Part shown: piece after piece, positions 1 to 9,187 of the stretch
How the letters are laid out: every line of letters begins with the position of its first letter
Position numbering within the stretch: position 1 is the stretch's first letter
Source: Thermoanaerobaculia bacterium
GTDB taxonomy: Bacteria; Acidobacteriota; Thermoanaerobaculia; Multivoradales; Multivoraceae
DNA: 64,000 nucleotides
Direction: 5' to 3'
Assembly (NCBI GenBank): GCA_022826745.1
Contig: JAJDUI010000008.1
Location: 267,283-331,282 of the forward strand
Translations under genes and position numbers: made by a program
Notes under the pieces: generated by a model
The model's database searches: none
What the model saw: only the letters and a program-made list of their open reading frames with translations
What the model was told of the DNA's origin: nothing

Positions 1-766
1 GGTGCGAGCCGACCGTCCACTCGGCTCCCTGACGGGCGATCTGCTCCGCTTCGGCCCGGGTCGGCGCGCAGGCGACGAGGCGAGCCATCGGGATCTCGCG
101 GCCCTCGATGGAGTGGCCGTGGTTCTCCAGGATCCCCCGGTAGAGCTCCCGCTTCTCGGCGAGCCGTGCGTGGTCCGCGTGCGGGTCCATCATGATCGAG
201 AAGCCGTTCTCGGCGGCCCAGTTCATCGCTTCCGGCGACGAGGCGGCGAGCCACACCGGCGGATGCGGCTTCTGCGCCGGTTTCGGCAGTACCTCGACGT
301 TCTCGCACTGGAAGTGATCGCCCGCGAAGGTCACGCGCTCCTGGGTCCAGGCGCCGATCACCGTTTGGACGTGCTCGCGGAACACCTCGTAGCTGTGCTG
401 CGGGTCGACGCCGAAGGCCTTGAACTCGGCCTCCTGGTAGCCGCGGCCGACTCCCCAGTTCACCCGGCCTCCGGACAGGACGTCGAGTAGCGCCACCTCC
501 TCGGCCAGCCGCAGCGGGTTGTAGAACGGCGCGAGGGAGACGCCGGTGCCGATGCGGAGGTTCTTCGTCCGGGCGGCCACGTGGGTGCCCATGAGGTGAA
601 TCGAAGGGCAGATGCTGAACGAGCTGAAGTGGTGTTCCGCCAGCCACACGGCGTCGTAGCCGTTCTGCTCCATGATGTCGATGCGCTGGAACGCCCGGTG
701 GTAGACCTGATCCAGCGGAATCCGCCGGTCCGGCCACGAGAAGAACTGGAGCACGCCGACTTTCAT
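1..766 (-). CDS. Luciferase-like monooxygenase (LLM) class flavin/F420-dependent oxidoreductase. ATG at 766; the C-terminus lies beyond the window start.
   Basis: My own translation of the minus strand gives MKVGVLQFFSWPDRRIPLDQVYHRAFQRIDIMEQNGYDAVWLAEHHFSSFSICPS...GRGYQEAEFKAFG..., a typical LLM N-terminus with a continuous frame to position 1. It is absent from the ORF track because it has no in-window stop. Confidence 0.75.
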   Translation of the reverse strand, partial: MKVGVLQFFSWPDRRIPLDQVYHRAFQRIDIMEQNGYDAVWLAEHHFSSFSICPSIHLMGTHVAARTKNLRIGTGVSLAPFYNPLRLAEEVALLDVLSGGRVNWGVGRGYQEAEFKAFGVDPQHSYEVFREHVQTVIGAWTQERVTFAGDHFQCENVEVLPKPAQKPHPPVWLAASSPEAMNWAAENGFSIMMDPHADHARLAEKRELYRGILENHGHSIEGREIPMARLVACAPTRAEAEQIARQGAEWTVGSH

Positions 767-843
767 GGGCCGGCAATCGTCTCATAGTTCTGCTGGTCGA
801 ACCGGGGGTTGGCGTGATCCGCCGGATCGGTCAGAGTTCGGCC

Positions 844-1428
844 ATGGCGACCGCCACCGATCCCTTCGAGCGCTTCCGCGACCTCTTCGAGCGCGCCTCG
901 GCCACGAGCCTGACCGAACCGAACGCGATGGTCGTCTCGAGCGCCGACGAGCAGGGCCGCCCGTCGTCCCGGGTCGTGCTGCTGAAGCACTTCGACCGCG
1001 ACGGCTTCGTCTTCTACACGAACCTCGAGAGCCGCAAGGGCCGGGAGATCCTGGCTCGGTCGGATGTGAGCCTGAACTTCTTCTGGCGCGAACCGAAGGA
1101 GCAGGTGTGCGTCTTCGGCCGCGCCGTGAAGGTCAGCGACGAGGAGGCCGACGCCTACTTCGCGACCCGGGACCGGAGCAGCCAGCTCGGCGCCTGGGCG
1201 TCGCAGCAGAGCCGGCCGCTGGCAAGCCGCGAACAGCTCGTGGACGGCTTCGAGCAGGTGACGGAGCGTTTCGCCGGCCGTGACGTGCCGCGGCCGCCGC
1301 ACTGGACGGGGCTGCGGGTCGTGCCCCGGCGGTTCGAGTTCTGGGTCGCGCGGGAGCACCGGCTCCATGACCGGACGTTTTACGAGCGGGACGGCGACTC
1401 GTGGGTGGTGGGCCTGTTGTACCCCTAG
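844..1428 (+). CDS. pdxH: Pyridoxamine 5'-phosphate oxidase
   Basis: GFVFYTNLESRKGREI, NFFWREPKEQV, SQLGAWASQQS, RFEFWVAREHRLHDRTFYER match PdxH conserved blocks. ATG 844 aligns with the E. coli PdxH core; GTG 814 is an alternative start. Confidence 0.85.
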   Translation: MATATDPFERFRDLFERASATSLTEPNAMVVSSADEQGRPSSRVVLLKHFDRDGFVFYTNLESRKGREILARSDVSLNFFWREPKEQVCVFGRAVKVSDEEADAYFATRDRSSQLGAWASQQSRPLASREQLVDGFEQVTERFAGRDVPRPPHWTGLRVVPRRFEFWVAREHRLHDRTFYERDGDSWVVGLLYP

Positions 1429-1438
1429 CCCCCGGTTC

Positions 1439-2542
1439 TCAGTACACCCGCGGCACGATGCGCCATGGCACCCGCCGCCGGTACTCGTCCCACAGGGCGC
1501 CGTACTTCGCGGCGCAGCGGCGGTCGTCGTCGCGCTCGCGGGGCACGAGCAGGAGGACGTAGTACAGCGGATAGAGCCAGGGAGCGATGAGCGCCGGGTA
1601 GCCGAGGCTCAGGGCAAGCCCGGTCGCCATCAGGATCTCGCCGAGATAGTTGACGTGGCGCGAGACGCCCCAGAAGCCGCTGCACAGGACGCGCCGCTCG
1701 CCGTCAGAGATGCTCTCCGGCCGGAACCGGCCGAGGAAGGTCCGTTCGGGATCGAGCTTGAAGTGGAACTTCTGCATGTTCGCGCCGCGGGCCAGCGACC
1801 AGCCGGCGAAGAAGACCAGCGCGGCCAGAACGAGCAGCCAGACGGGGGCGTGGGGATTGGGCAGGCCGGCGGCGGCCCAGAGGCCCACGCCGTAGACGTA
1901 CGGGTAGAAGAAGAGGCAACCCCAGACGAGCTTGAAACCGACCCGCTCGGCGAAGAGGTCGTAGGTGTAGAGGTGAACCCGCTCGAAGAACAGGTAGTCG
2001 CAGATGAACCAGGTGAAGACGGCGACGTAGAGGACGACGCCGGGCGACGGATCGCCGGGATACGTCGAGTAGTGATGAACGGCGAACGAGAGCAGGTTCA
2101 GCTCGAGCAGGGTGGCGCCGAAGACGTAGAGGAACATCTTCGCGTCGACGCGGCCGGCGAACAGGCGCGGATTGGCGCGCCTGCCGAGGTAGAACTCCTT
2201 CAGGAAGGAACCGCCGCGGCCCGGCGCCGTCACGACGACCGCCACCGAAGCGGCGATGCCGAGCCCCAGGGCCCCCGTGGCGCCGCTCCAGCGGTGAGTC
2301 CACAGCCAGTCCCAGGGCATCACGCCGCTGTAGCCGGCCAGGAGCCACAGGCCGACCGTGACGGCGAAGACGAGCAGCCCGTTCAGACGGTACTGGAGAA
2401 GCTCGCCGGTCCGTTCGTCACGGACGTAGCCCGTGACCCGGCGGGCGGGCAGCAGGACGCTGAGACCGAGGATGACGGCGCAGACGAGCCAGGGCGTCAG
2501 GAAGCCCGGATACGGTGACAGGTCGGCGATGTAGACCTTCAA
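1439..2542 (-). CDS. ERG4/ERG24 (sterol-reductase / 7-DHCR-like) family polytopic membrane reductase homolog
   Basis: The 367-aa protein is very hydrophobic. Its C-terminal LCSGFWGVSRHVNYLGEILMA resembles the sterol-reductase signature G-[FW]-W-x-x-x-R-H-x-N-Y-x-G-[DE]. TTG start 3 nt after the boxB stop, with GAGG in the boxB 3' end. Confidence 0.5.
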   Translation of the reverse strand: MKVYIADLSPYPGFLTPWLVCAVILGLSVLLPARRVTGYVRDERTGELLQYRLNGLLVFAVTVGLWLLAGYSGVMPWDWLWTHRWSGATGALGLGIAASVAVVVTAPGRGGSFLKEFYLGRRANPRLFAGRVDAKMFLYVFGATLLELNLLSFAVHHYSTYPGDPSPGVVLYVAVFTWFICDYLFFERVHLYTYDLFAERVGFKLVWGCLFFYPYVYGVGLWAAAGLPNPHAPVWLLVLAALVFFAGWSLARGANMQKFHFKLDPERTFLGRFRPESISDGERRVLCSGFWGVSRHVNYLGEILMATGLALSLGYPALIAPWLYPLYYVLLLVPRERDDDRRCAAKYGALWDEYRRRVPWRIVPRVY

Positions 2543-2545
2543 CCC

Positions 2546-4009
2546 CTACGCCTCGGCCAGCTTGACCCACTCGAAGTCGCCGGGCTTGTGGTTGATCCGG
2601 ATCCGCGGTTCGGCGATCCAGGAGGCGTAGTGGCCGGGCCGGAACTCGGGGTTCATCAGCGATTCGATGAAGGCGCGGTCGCCGTCGTCGGGCAGCCATT
2701 CGTGTCGGCGCCGGGTCCACTCGTCTTCCGGGACGATCTCGCCGTCCGGCGTGGCATGCAGGTCACGGTAGACACCGATCTGACGGTGGAAGGCCACGTG
2801 TGGCAGCGTGATCTCGAAGTCGACCCCGGCCTGGCGGATCGTCTTGTTCCAGCGGCCAACGCCGAGGCTGCAGTCGCCGGTGAAGTCGTCGCGCAGGCGT
2901 GCGTTCAGGGCGTTGAGCGCCGGGTGTTCGACCGTCTTCCAGGCGCCGTTGGACGGTTCCGGGATGCCGTAGGTCGCTTTGTGCAGCCGGTGGTCGTCGT
3001 CCAGCCGGTGCTCGCGAAAGCGGCCCTTGAGGCCGGCGTTGAAGAAGTTGGCCGAGTTCGTGGACAGTTCGGAGCCGAACAGGTCGAGGGTCAGCGAGTA
3101 GTGGAGGTTCACTTTCTTCTGGATCGTCGGCAGGTCGATCACGCCGAGCGCCCGCACCGCCTCGACGTCGGTCGGATCGTCGATTCCGGCCTCGCGCATC
3201 GCCTCGCACGTCCGCTGGACGATGCGGGTCACGCCGGTCTCGCCGACGAACATGTGGAACGCCTCCTCCGTCAGCATGAAGCGGCAGGTGCGGGACAGCG
3301 GGTCGAAGCCGGACTGCGCCAGCGATTCGAGCTGCATCCTGCCGTCGCGGTCGGTGAAGAAGGTGAACAGGAAGAAGGAGAGCCAGTCCGGCGTCTCCTC
3401 GTTGAACGCGCCGAGCATGCGCGGGGCGTCGTCGGAGCCGGAGCGGCGGCGCAGCAGTTCGCCTGCCTCCTCCCGGCCGTCGCGGCCGAAGTACTTCTGC
3501 AGCAGGTAGACCATCGCCCAGAGGTGGCGCCCCTCCTCGACGTTGACCTGGAACAGGTTCCGCATGTCGTAGAGCGAGGGAGCGGTCTTGCCCAGGAAGC
3601 GCTGCTGCTCGACGGAAGCCGGCTCGGTGTCGCCCTGGATCACGATCAGGCGCCGGAGCATCGCGCGGTACTCGCCGGGAACCTCCTGCCAGGCGGGCTC
3701 GCCGACGTGGCGGCCGAAGGGGATCTTCCGGTCCGGGTCCTGCGGCGCGAGCAGGATGCCCCAGCGGTAGTCGGGCATCTTCACGTAGTCGAAGACGGCC
3801 CACTTGTCCGCGCCCTTCGACTCGACCCGCACCGCGGTGCGGAGATAGACGTCGGAGGTCTGGAAGCCGTCAGGCCCCATGTCCATCCACCAGTCGATGT
3901 AGCCGGGGTGCCAGCGTTCCAGGCCGCGGCGGACCCGGGCGTCCGACGCCAGGGCGACGTTGTTCGGAATCAGGACGTCGTAGTCGACGGTGCTGTCCAG
4001 CGTGGTCAT
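2546..4009 (-). CDS. boxB: Benzoyl-CoA 2,3-epoxidase (oxygenase) subunit B, di-iron enzyme
   Basis: IPNNVALASD...WHPGYIDWWMDMGPDG...VKMPDYRWGILLAPQDPDRKIPFGRHVGEPAWQEVPGEYRAMLRRLIVIQGDTEPASVEQQ...NVEEGRHLWAMVYLL is near-identical in pattern to Azoarcus BoxB as I recall it. Confidence 0.85.
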   Translation of the reverse strand: MTTLDSTVDYDVLIPNNVALASDARVRRGLERWHPGYIDWWMDMGPDGFQTSDVYLRTAVRVESKGADKWAVFDYVKMPDYRWGILLAPQDPDRKIPFGRHVGEPAWQEVPGEYRAMLRRLIVIQGDTEPASVEQQRFLGKTAPSLYDMRNLFQVNVEEGRHLWAMVYLLQKYFGRDGREEAGELLRRRSGSDDAPRMLGAFNEETPDWLSFFLFTFFTDRDGRMQLESLAQSGFDPLSRTCRFMLTEEAFHMFVGETGVTRIVQRTCEAMREAGIDDPTDVEAVRALGVIDLPTIQKKVNLHYSLTLDLFGSELSTNSANFFNAGLKGRFREHRLDDDHRLHKATYGIPEPSNGAWKTVEHPALNALNARLRDDFTGDCSLGVGRWNKTIRQAGVDFEITLPHVAFHRQIGVYRDLHATPDGEIVPEDEWTRRRHEWLPDDGDRAFIESLMNPEFRPGHYASWIAEPRIRINHKPGDFEWVKLAEA

Positions 4010-4020
4010 CGTGTGCTCCG

Positions 4021-5733
4021 TCAGATGCGTTCGCTGTCGAATCGTGGGCGGCGGCCGGTGCCGTAGAGGCGGAGTGCCCCCTCCTCGCCGACCGCGTTGG
4101 GGCGTTGGAAGATCCAGTTCTGCCAGGCGCTGAGGCGTCCGAAGATCTTGCTCTCGAGGGTCTCCGGCCCGGGGAAGCGGAGGTTGGCCTCCAGCGCGGT
4201 CAGCGCGTCGGGCGAGAAGCTGGCCCGTTCCTCGAGCGCGATGCGCACTTCGTCCTCCCAGTCCAGGTCGTCCAGGATCTCGGTGACCAGGCCGGCCGCC
4301 TCGGCGTCTTCGGCTTCGAGAGGAGCGCCGACGAGTTCACGGAGCCGCTCCGTGGCATCCTCCTCGCCGAGGAACCGGGTCTCGAGGCGGGAGAGCCCGT
4401 TCGGGGTGGGGAAGGCTCCGAAGTTCAGTTCGCCTAGCTGGATGGACGGCGGCAGTGCGCCGTCCTCGCTCTCGCCCTCGAACATGTAGGAGCGGTCCGA
4501 GGCCAGCGGGAGTTCGAGCAGCAGGCCGGCGAAGCAGCTCCCCGGCGCGATCAGCGTGAATACGCTGCGCGCGGTCAGGTCGAGGCGCTTGAGCACCCGC
4601 TTCCAGTACAGCAGCACCTCGCGCACGAACCAGTGCTCGCGCGTCCGGTGGAGGAACGCGTCGAAGGCGGCCACCGCGCCGAGGTCGCCTTCGGACTCGA
4701 TGACGAGCTGCCCGATCCGGGTCTCGTTCAGGCGCAGGTGGAGCAGGGCGTCGTCGAGTTCACGCGCCAGGACGAGAGGCCAGAAGGCCGCGCTCCCGGC
4801 GAGTGCTTCCGGCGCGTCGCCCGGCGGCGGCTCGGACGGACCGAGCACGGTCAGACGGGCGGCGCCCAGCTCGCGGTCGAACTCGATGCGGAGCGTCGAG
4901 TAGACGATGGAGTCTCCCACCAGTTTCGTTTCGACCCCGGGCCAGTCCGCTCCTCCGTCGTCGTCCGGCCGGTCGCTCGTAGCGGCGATTTCCAACGCGC
5001 GTGTGCTGGCGCCGTCGTCGAAGGACGATCGCGGCAGCAGTTCGTCGACCAGGTTCCAGTCCACGGCGCGCCGGCCCTTGACGCCTTCCTCCAGGGTGCA
5101 GAAGAGGTCGGCCCGGTCGCGGCGAACGCGGCGCTTGTCGAGCAGCCGGGTCAGTCCGCCGGTGCCTGGCAGGACGCCGAGCAGCGGCACTTCGGGCAGC
5201 GAGACGGCCGAACTCCCGTCGTCGGCGAGCAGGATGCGGTCGCAGGCGAGCGCCAGCTCGTAGCCGCCGCCCGCCGCCGTGCCGCGGATCGCGCAGAGGT
5301 AGCGCTGGCCGGAGTGCTGGCAGGCGTCCTCGATCGCCAGCCGGGTCTCGTTCGTGAACTTGCAGAAGTTCACCTTCAACTGGTGCGACGAAGCGCCGAG
5401 CATGCCGATGTTGGCGCCGGCGCAGAAGATCCGGTCGCGGTCGGAGCGGAGCACGACGGCGTGAACCTCCGGATGCTCGAAGCGCAGTCGTTGGGTGGCG
5501 TCGTAGAGCTCGAAGTCGACGCCGAGGTCGTAGGAGTTCTGCTTGAGCTGATAACCCGGCCGGAGCCCCGCCTGCTCGTCGACCTCCAGGGTCAGGAAGG
5601 CGAGCGGCGGTTCGATCCTGAGCTGCCAGTGCCGGTAGCGGTCGGGGTCAGTGCGGAAGTCGATGGGCTCTGTCGCGGCGGTTTCACCGGCCGGGTGCCC
5701 GGAAGGTCCGTCCGCGGTGGCCTGCTTGGACAT
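4021..5733 (-). CDS. boxC: 2,3-epoxybenzoyl-CoA dihydrolase / benzoyl-CoA-dihydrodiol lyase (crotonase superfamily)
   Basis: DFRTDPDRYRHWQL...GYQLKQNSYDLGVDFELYDATQRLRFEHPEV...VNFCKFTNETR...SLPEVPLLGVLPGTGGLTR...RIALEERASFSPDALTALEANLRFPGPE...RLSAWQNWIFQRPNAVGEEGAL aligns with BoxC. ATG 5733 (MSKQATADG...) aligns with the BoxC N-terminus. The track start GTG 5796 would leave only 5 bp to the divergent ABC ATPase start. Confidence 0.85.
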   Translation of the reverse strand: MSKQATADGPSGHPAGETAATEPIDFRTDPDRYRHWQLRIEPPLAFLTLEVDEQAGLRPGYQLKQNSYDLGVDFELYDATQRLRFEHPEVHAVVLRSDRDRIFCAGANIGMLGASSHQLKVNFCKFTNETRLAIEDACQHSGQRYLCAIRGTAAGGGYELALACDRILLADDGSSAVSLPEVPLLGVLPGTGGLTRLLDKRRVRRDRADLFCTLEEGVKGRRAVDWNLVDELLPRSSFDDGASTRALEIAATSDRPDDDGGADWPGVETKLVGDSIVYSTLRIEFDRELGAARLTVLGPSEPPPGDAPEALAGSAAFWPLVLARELDDALLHLRLNETRIGQLVIESEGDLGAVAAFDAFLHRTREHWFVREVLLYWKRVLKRLDLTARSVFTLIAPGSCFAGLLLELPLASDRSYMFEGESEDGALPPSIQLGELNFGAFPTPNGLSRLETRFLGEEDATERLRELVGAPLEAEDAEAAGLVTEILDDLDWEDEVRIALEERASFSPDALTALEANLRFPGPETLESKIFGRLSAWQNWIFQRPNAVGEEGALRLYGTGRRPRFDSERI

Positions 5734-5801
5734 CTGGTTGGTAGGGGAGCCCTGTTCCTGTTCGAGCGGCCCTTGCCGGTTGGTGAGTATAGTCACGCTT
5801 C

Positions 5802-6944
5802 GTGAGCGTCCCGGCCCCTGACGATCGCGGCGAGAGCCGCGTTCCGCACGTCGAGTTCGTTGGCGTAGACAAGAGCTACGACGGTGAGAACCTCGTCGTG
5901 CGTGGGCTCGATCTCGCCGTGGAGCGAGGCGAGTTTCTGACCCTGCTGGGGCCTTCCGGCTCGGGCAAGACGACCTGCCTGATGATGCTCGCGGGCTTCG
6001 AGGCGCCGACCGCGGGGACGATCCGCATTGCCGGCCGGCCGATCCAGGATCTACCGCCCCACAGGCGCGGGATCGGCATGGTGTTTCAGAACTACGCCCT
6101 GTTCCCCCACATGACGGTCGGCGGCAACCTGGCCTTCCCGCTCGAGGTCCGCGGCGTCGAGCCGGCCCTGCGGCGGGAGCGGGTCAAGCGGGCGCTCAGC
6201 CTGGTGCAACTGGAGGGGTTGGAGGACCGGCGACCGGCCCAGCTCTCCGGCGGCCAGCAGCAGCGGGTGGCGATCGCCCGCGCCCTGGTGTTCGAGCCGG
6301 AGATCGTCCTGATGGACGAGCCGCTAGGCGCTCTCGACCGGCGTCTGCGCGAGGAGATGCAGTACGAGATCCGGCGCATCCACTCCACTCTGGGAGTGAC
6401 GGTCGTCTACGTGACGCACGACCAGCAGGAGGCGATGACGCTCTCCGACCGGGTGGCGGTGTTCCACAACGGGGTCATCGAGCAGGCGGCGTCGCCCGAG
6501 GTCCTGTACGAGGAACCCGAGAAGGCCTTCGTGGCCCGGTTCATCGGCGAGAACAACCGGCTCGACGGCGTCGTGGTCAGCGACGAGGACGGCGTCTGTG
6601 AAGTGGACATCGGCGGCCAGAAGGTCCGCGCGATGAGCCTGGGTCTGTGCCCTCCGGGCGCTCGAACCACGGTCGTGATCCGGCCCGAGCGCGTCGCGGT
6701 GGCGCCGCCGGACGGCCGCTACCGGAACGAGATCGAGACGCGGATCGACGACATGATCTTCCTCGGCGACCATCTTCGCCTTCACATGACGGTCGGGGGC
6801 GCCTCCGACTTCATCGCGAAGATCCCGAACGTCGTGGGTCACGGCGCCGTGCTGCCGGGCGACACCGTACGAGTTGGCTGGGCGGCGCTCGACTGCCGGG
6901 CGCTGGTGCCGGAGGAGTTGGCGGAAGGCGAAGAAGAGTGGTGA
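5802..6944 (+). CDS. ABC transporter ATP-binding protein (PotA/spermidine-putrescine type, with C-terminal TOBE/MOP-like domain)
   Basis: Walker [10 protein letters not shown], signature [15 protein letters not shown], Walker [11 protein letters not shown], and the [10 protein letters not shown] motif. GTG start. Confidence 0.85.
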   Translation: MSVPAPDDRGESRVPHVEFVGVDKSYDGENLVVRGLDLAVERGEFLTLLGPSGSGKTTCLMMLAGFEAPTAGTIRIAGRPIQDLPPHRRGIGMVFQNYALFPHMTVGGNLAFPLEVRGVEPALRRERVKRALSLVQLEGLEDRRPAQLSGGQQQRVAIARALVFEPEIVLMDEPLGALDRRLREEMQYEIRRIHSTLGVTVVYVTHDQQEAMTLSDRVAVFHNGVIEQAASPEVLYEEPEKAFVARFIGENNRLDGVVVSDEDGVCEVDIGGQKVRAMSLGLCPPGARTTVVIRPERVAVAPPDGRYRNEIETRIDDMIFLGDHLRLHMTVGGASDFIAKIPNVVGHGAVLPGDTVRVGWAALDCRALVPEELAEGEEEW

Positions 6945-8056
6945 GGGCGGCCGCCGCTTCGGTCGCAGCACTGTTGGCCGGCTGCGCGCCGCAGGCGGGA
7001 GATGGGACGGCTCCCGGCTCTCCGGGTCCGGGCGCGAGCGAAGGATCGATCACCGTCGTTTCCTACGGCGGCTCCTACGCCCGCGCCTGCGTTCTGGGCT
7101 ACCACGAGTCCTTCACCGAGGAGACGGGCATCCAGGTCAACCTGGAGGACTTCAATGGCGGCCTCGCGCAGATCCGCGCCCAGGTCGAGGCCGGCTCCGT
7201 TCACTGGGATGTCGTCGATCTGGGCGTCTCCGACACGATCACCGGTTGCGACGAGGGCGTCCTGGAGCTGATCGGCCCCGAGCTGCTGCCGCCGGGCCCG
7301 AACGGAGAGCCGCCGGCGGACGACTTCCTGCCCGAGACGAACACCGAATGTGGTGTGGGCACGCTGCTCTTCTCCACGATCTACGCCTACAACCCGGAGA
7401 CCCTGCCGGGTCCGGCGCCGGCGACGCTCGCCGATTTCTTCGACCTGGAACGCTTCCCGGGGCGCCGGGGCATGCAGCGGAAGCCCGAGGCGAACCTGGA
7501 GTTCGCGCTGATGGCCGACGGCGTGCCGAAGGAGCGGATCTACGAGTTGCTCGGGACGGCGGAGGGTCTTGATCGCGCGTTCCGGAAGCTGGACACGATC
7601 AAGGACGAGGTCGTGTGGTGGGAGGCGGGCGCGCAGCCGCCGCAGCTTCTCGCCGACGGCGAGGTCATCATGAGCACGGCCTGGAACGGACGGATCTTCA
7701 ACGCCCAGGTCCTCGAGAACCAGCCCTTCGTCATCGTCTGGGACGGGCAGATCATGGACCGGGGCCAGCTCGTGGTCGTCGCCGGCACTCCGCACCTCGA
7801 GGGCGCCTTGCGCTTCATGCGCCACGCCGCCCGCTCCGAGTCGATGGCGGGGGTGGGGAAGTACATCGCCTACAGCCCCGCGCGCCGTTCCGGTCAGGCG
7901 CTGATCGACCTGCACGCGGAGACGGGCACGGAGATGTGGCCGCACATGCCGACGAACCCGGCGAACATGAAGAACTTCCTGATGAGCGACTGGGAGTGGT
8001 GGGCCGACCACAGGGACGAGATGCAGGAGCGGTTCGCCGCCTGGCTGGCGCGATGA
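6941..8056 (+). CDS. ABC transporter substrate-binding lipoprotein (PotD/PotF-like family 1 SBP), paralog 1
   Basis: GTG overlaps the upstream stop (GTGA). Lipobox LLAGC. Paralogous to the next gene. Confidence 0.8.
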   Translation: MRAAAASVAALLAGCAPQAGDGTAPGSPGPGASEGSITVVSYGGSYARACVLGYHESFTEETGIQVNLEDFNGGLAQIRAQVEAGSVHWDVVDLGVSDTITGCDEGVLELIGPELLPPGPNGEPPADDFLPETNTECGVGTLLFSTIYAYNPETLPGPAPATLADFFDLERFPGRRGMQRKPEANLEFALMADGVPKERIYELLGTAEGLDRAFRKLDTIKDEVVWWEAGAQPPQLLADGEVIMSTAWNGRIFNAQVLENQPFVIVWDGQIMDRGQLVVVAGTPHLEGALRFMRHAARSESMAGVGKYIAYSPARRSGQALIDLHAETGTEMWPHMPTNPANMKNFLMSDWEWWADHRDEMQERFAAWLAR

Positions 8057-9171
8057 AGAGTTCGGGCGCGATCGTCCTGAGCGTCATCGTGGTCGCCGGC
8101 TGCCGGCTGGCCGCGGACCCTCCTCCGGGTTCGGCGCCGGGCAGCGATGCGGGCGAGCGCTCGATCACCGCCGTCTCCTACGGAGGCTCTTACGCCCGCG
8201 CCTGCGTCAAGGGCTACCACGAGTCCTTCACGGAGGAGACCGGGGTGCGGGTCGATCTCGCCGACTTCCAGGGAGGACTGGCCCAGGTCCGGGCCCAGGT
8301 CGAAGCCGGCGTGGTTCACTGGGACGTCGTCGATCTCTCCGTGGCCGAGACGGTCAACGGCTGCGACGAAGGCGTCCTGGAACTGATCGATCCCTCCATC
8401 CTGCCGGCGGGTCCCGGCGGGGAGCTTCCGGAGGACGACTTTCTGCCGGAGATGAACACGGAGTGCGGCGTGGGCAACCTGCTGTTCTCCTCGATCTTCG
8501 CGTACAACCGGGAGATCCTGACGGGGCCGCCGCCGACCCGGCTCGCCGACTTCTTCGATCTGGAACGGTTCCCCGGGCGGCGGGGCATGAGGCGATCGCC
8601 CGAGGCGAACCTGGAGATGGCGCTGATGGCGGACGGAGTTCCCAAGGAACGCGTCTACGACGTGCTGAGTACGCCGGAGGGCCTGGAACGGGTGTTCCGG
8701 AAGCTCGACACGATCAAGGACCGGGTCGTGTGGTGGGACACCTCCGCCCAGGCGCCGCAGTTGCTGGCGGACGGCGAGGTGCTCATGACGACGGCCGCCA
8801 ACGGACGCATCTTCAACGCCCAGGTGCTCGAGGGACAGCCCTTCGTCATCGTGTGGGACGGCCAGGTCCTGAACCGGGGCCAGCTCGCTATCGTCGCGGG
8901 TACGCCGCGGCTCGAGGACGCGCTGCGATTCGTCGAGCATGCCGCCCGCTCCGAGTCGATGGCGGGCGTGGGCCGCTACATCGCCTACAGTCCGGCGCGC
9001 TACTCGGCGGAGAAACTGATCGACCGGCATTTCGAAACGGGCACGGAGATGTGGCCGCACATGCCGACGAACCCCGCGAACATGAAGAACTACCTGATGA
9101 CCGACTGGCAGTGGTGGGCGGACCACGGCGACGAGATGCTGGAGCGCTTCACCGCCTGGCTGGCGCGATGA
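8053..9171 (+). CDS. ABC transporter substrate-binding lipoprotein, paralog 2 (tandem duplicate)
   Basis: ATGA overlap. Lipobox VVAGC. By eye about 70% identical to paralog 1 over the full length (SYGGSYARAC, HWDVVDL, NGCDEGVLELI, ...WPHMPTNPANMKN...). Confidence 0.8.
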   Translation: MKSSGAIVLSVIVVAGCRLAADPPPGSAPGSDAGERSITAVSYGGSYARACVKGYHESFTEETGVRVDLADFQGGLAQVRAQVEAGVVHWDVVDLSVAETVNGCDEGVLELIDPSILPAGPGGELPEDDFLPEMNTECGVGNLLFSSIFAYNREILTGPPPTRLADFFDLERFPGRRGMRRSPEANLEMALMADGVPKERVYDVLSTPEGLERVFRKLDTIKDRVVWWDTSAQAPQLLADGEVLMTTAANGRIFNAQVLEGQPFVIVWDGQVLNRGQLAIVAGTPRLEDALRFVEHAARSESMAGVGRYIAYSPARYSAEKLIDRHFETGTEMWPHMPTNPANMKNYLMTDWQWWADHGDEMLERFTAWLAR

Positions 9172-9187
9172 AGGTTGGAGTAGAGCC

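Noticed and set aside
2-490. 162-aa + strand ORF at the window start
   Set aside because: Its translation is low-complexity and Arg-rich. The opposite strand encodes a well-conserved LLM oxidoreductase in a continuous frame.
1280-2518. 412-aa + strand ORF (and many similar long ORFs: 2588-4066+, 4633-5805+, 6839-8011-, 7894-9333-, 9149-10342-, 28369-29850-, 31043-34300-, 38396-40519+, 43262-45559-, 46236-48764-, 60485-63157-, 60898-63336+)
   Set aside because: They are Arg/Pro/Gly/Ala-rich with no family motifs. Each lies antisense or out of frame to a gene with clear homology. These are typical stop-codon-poor mirror frames of high-GC coding DNA.
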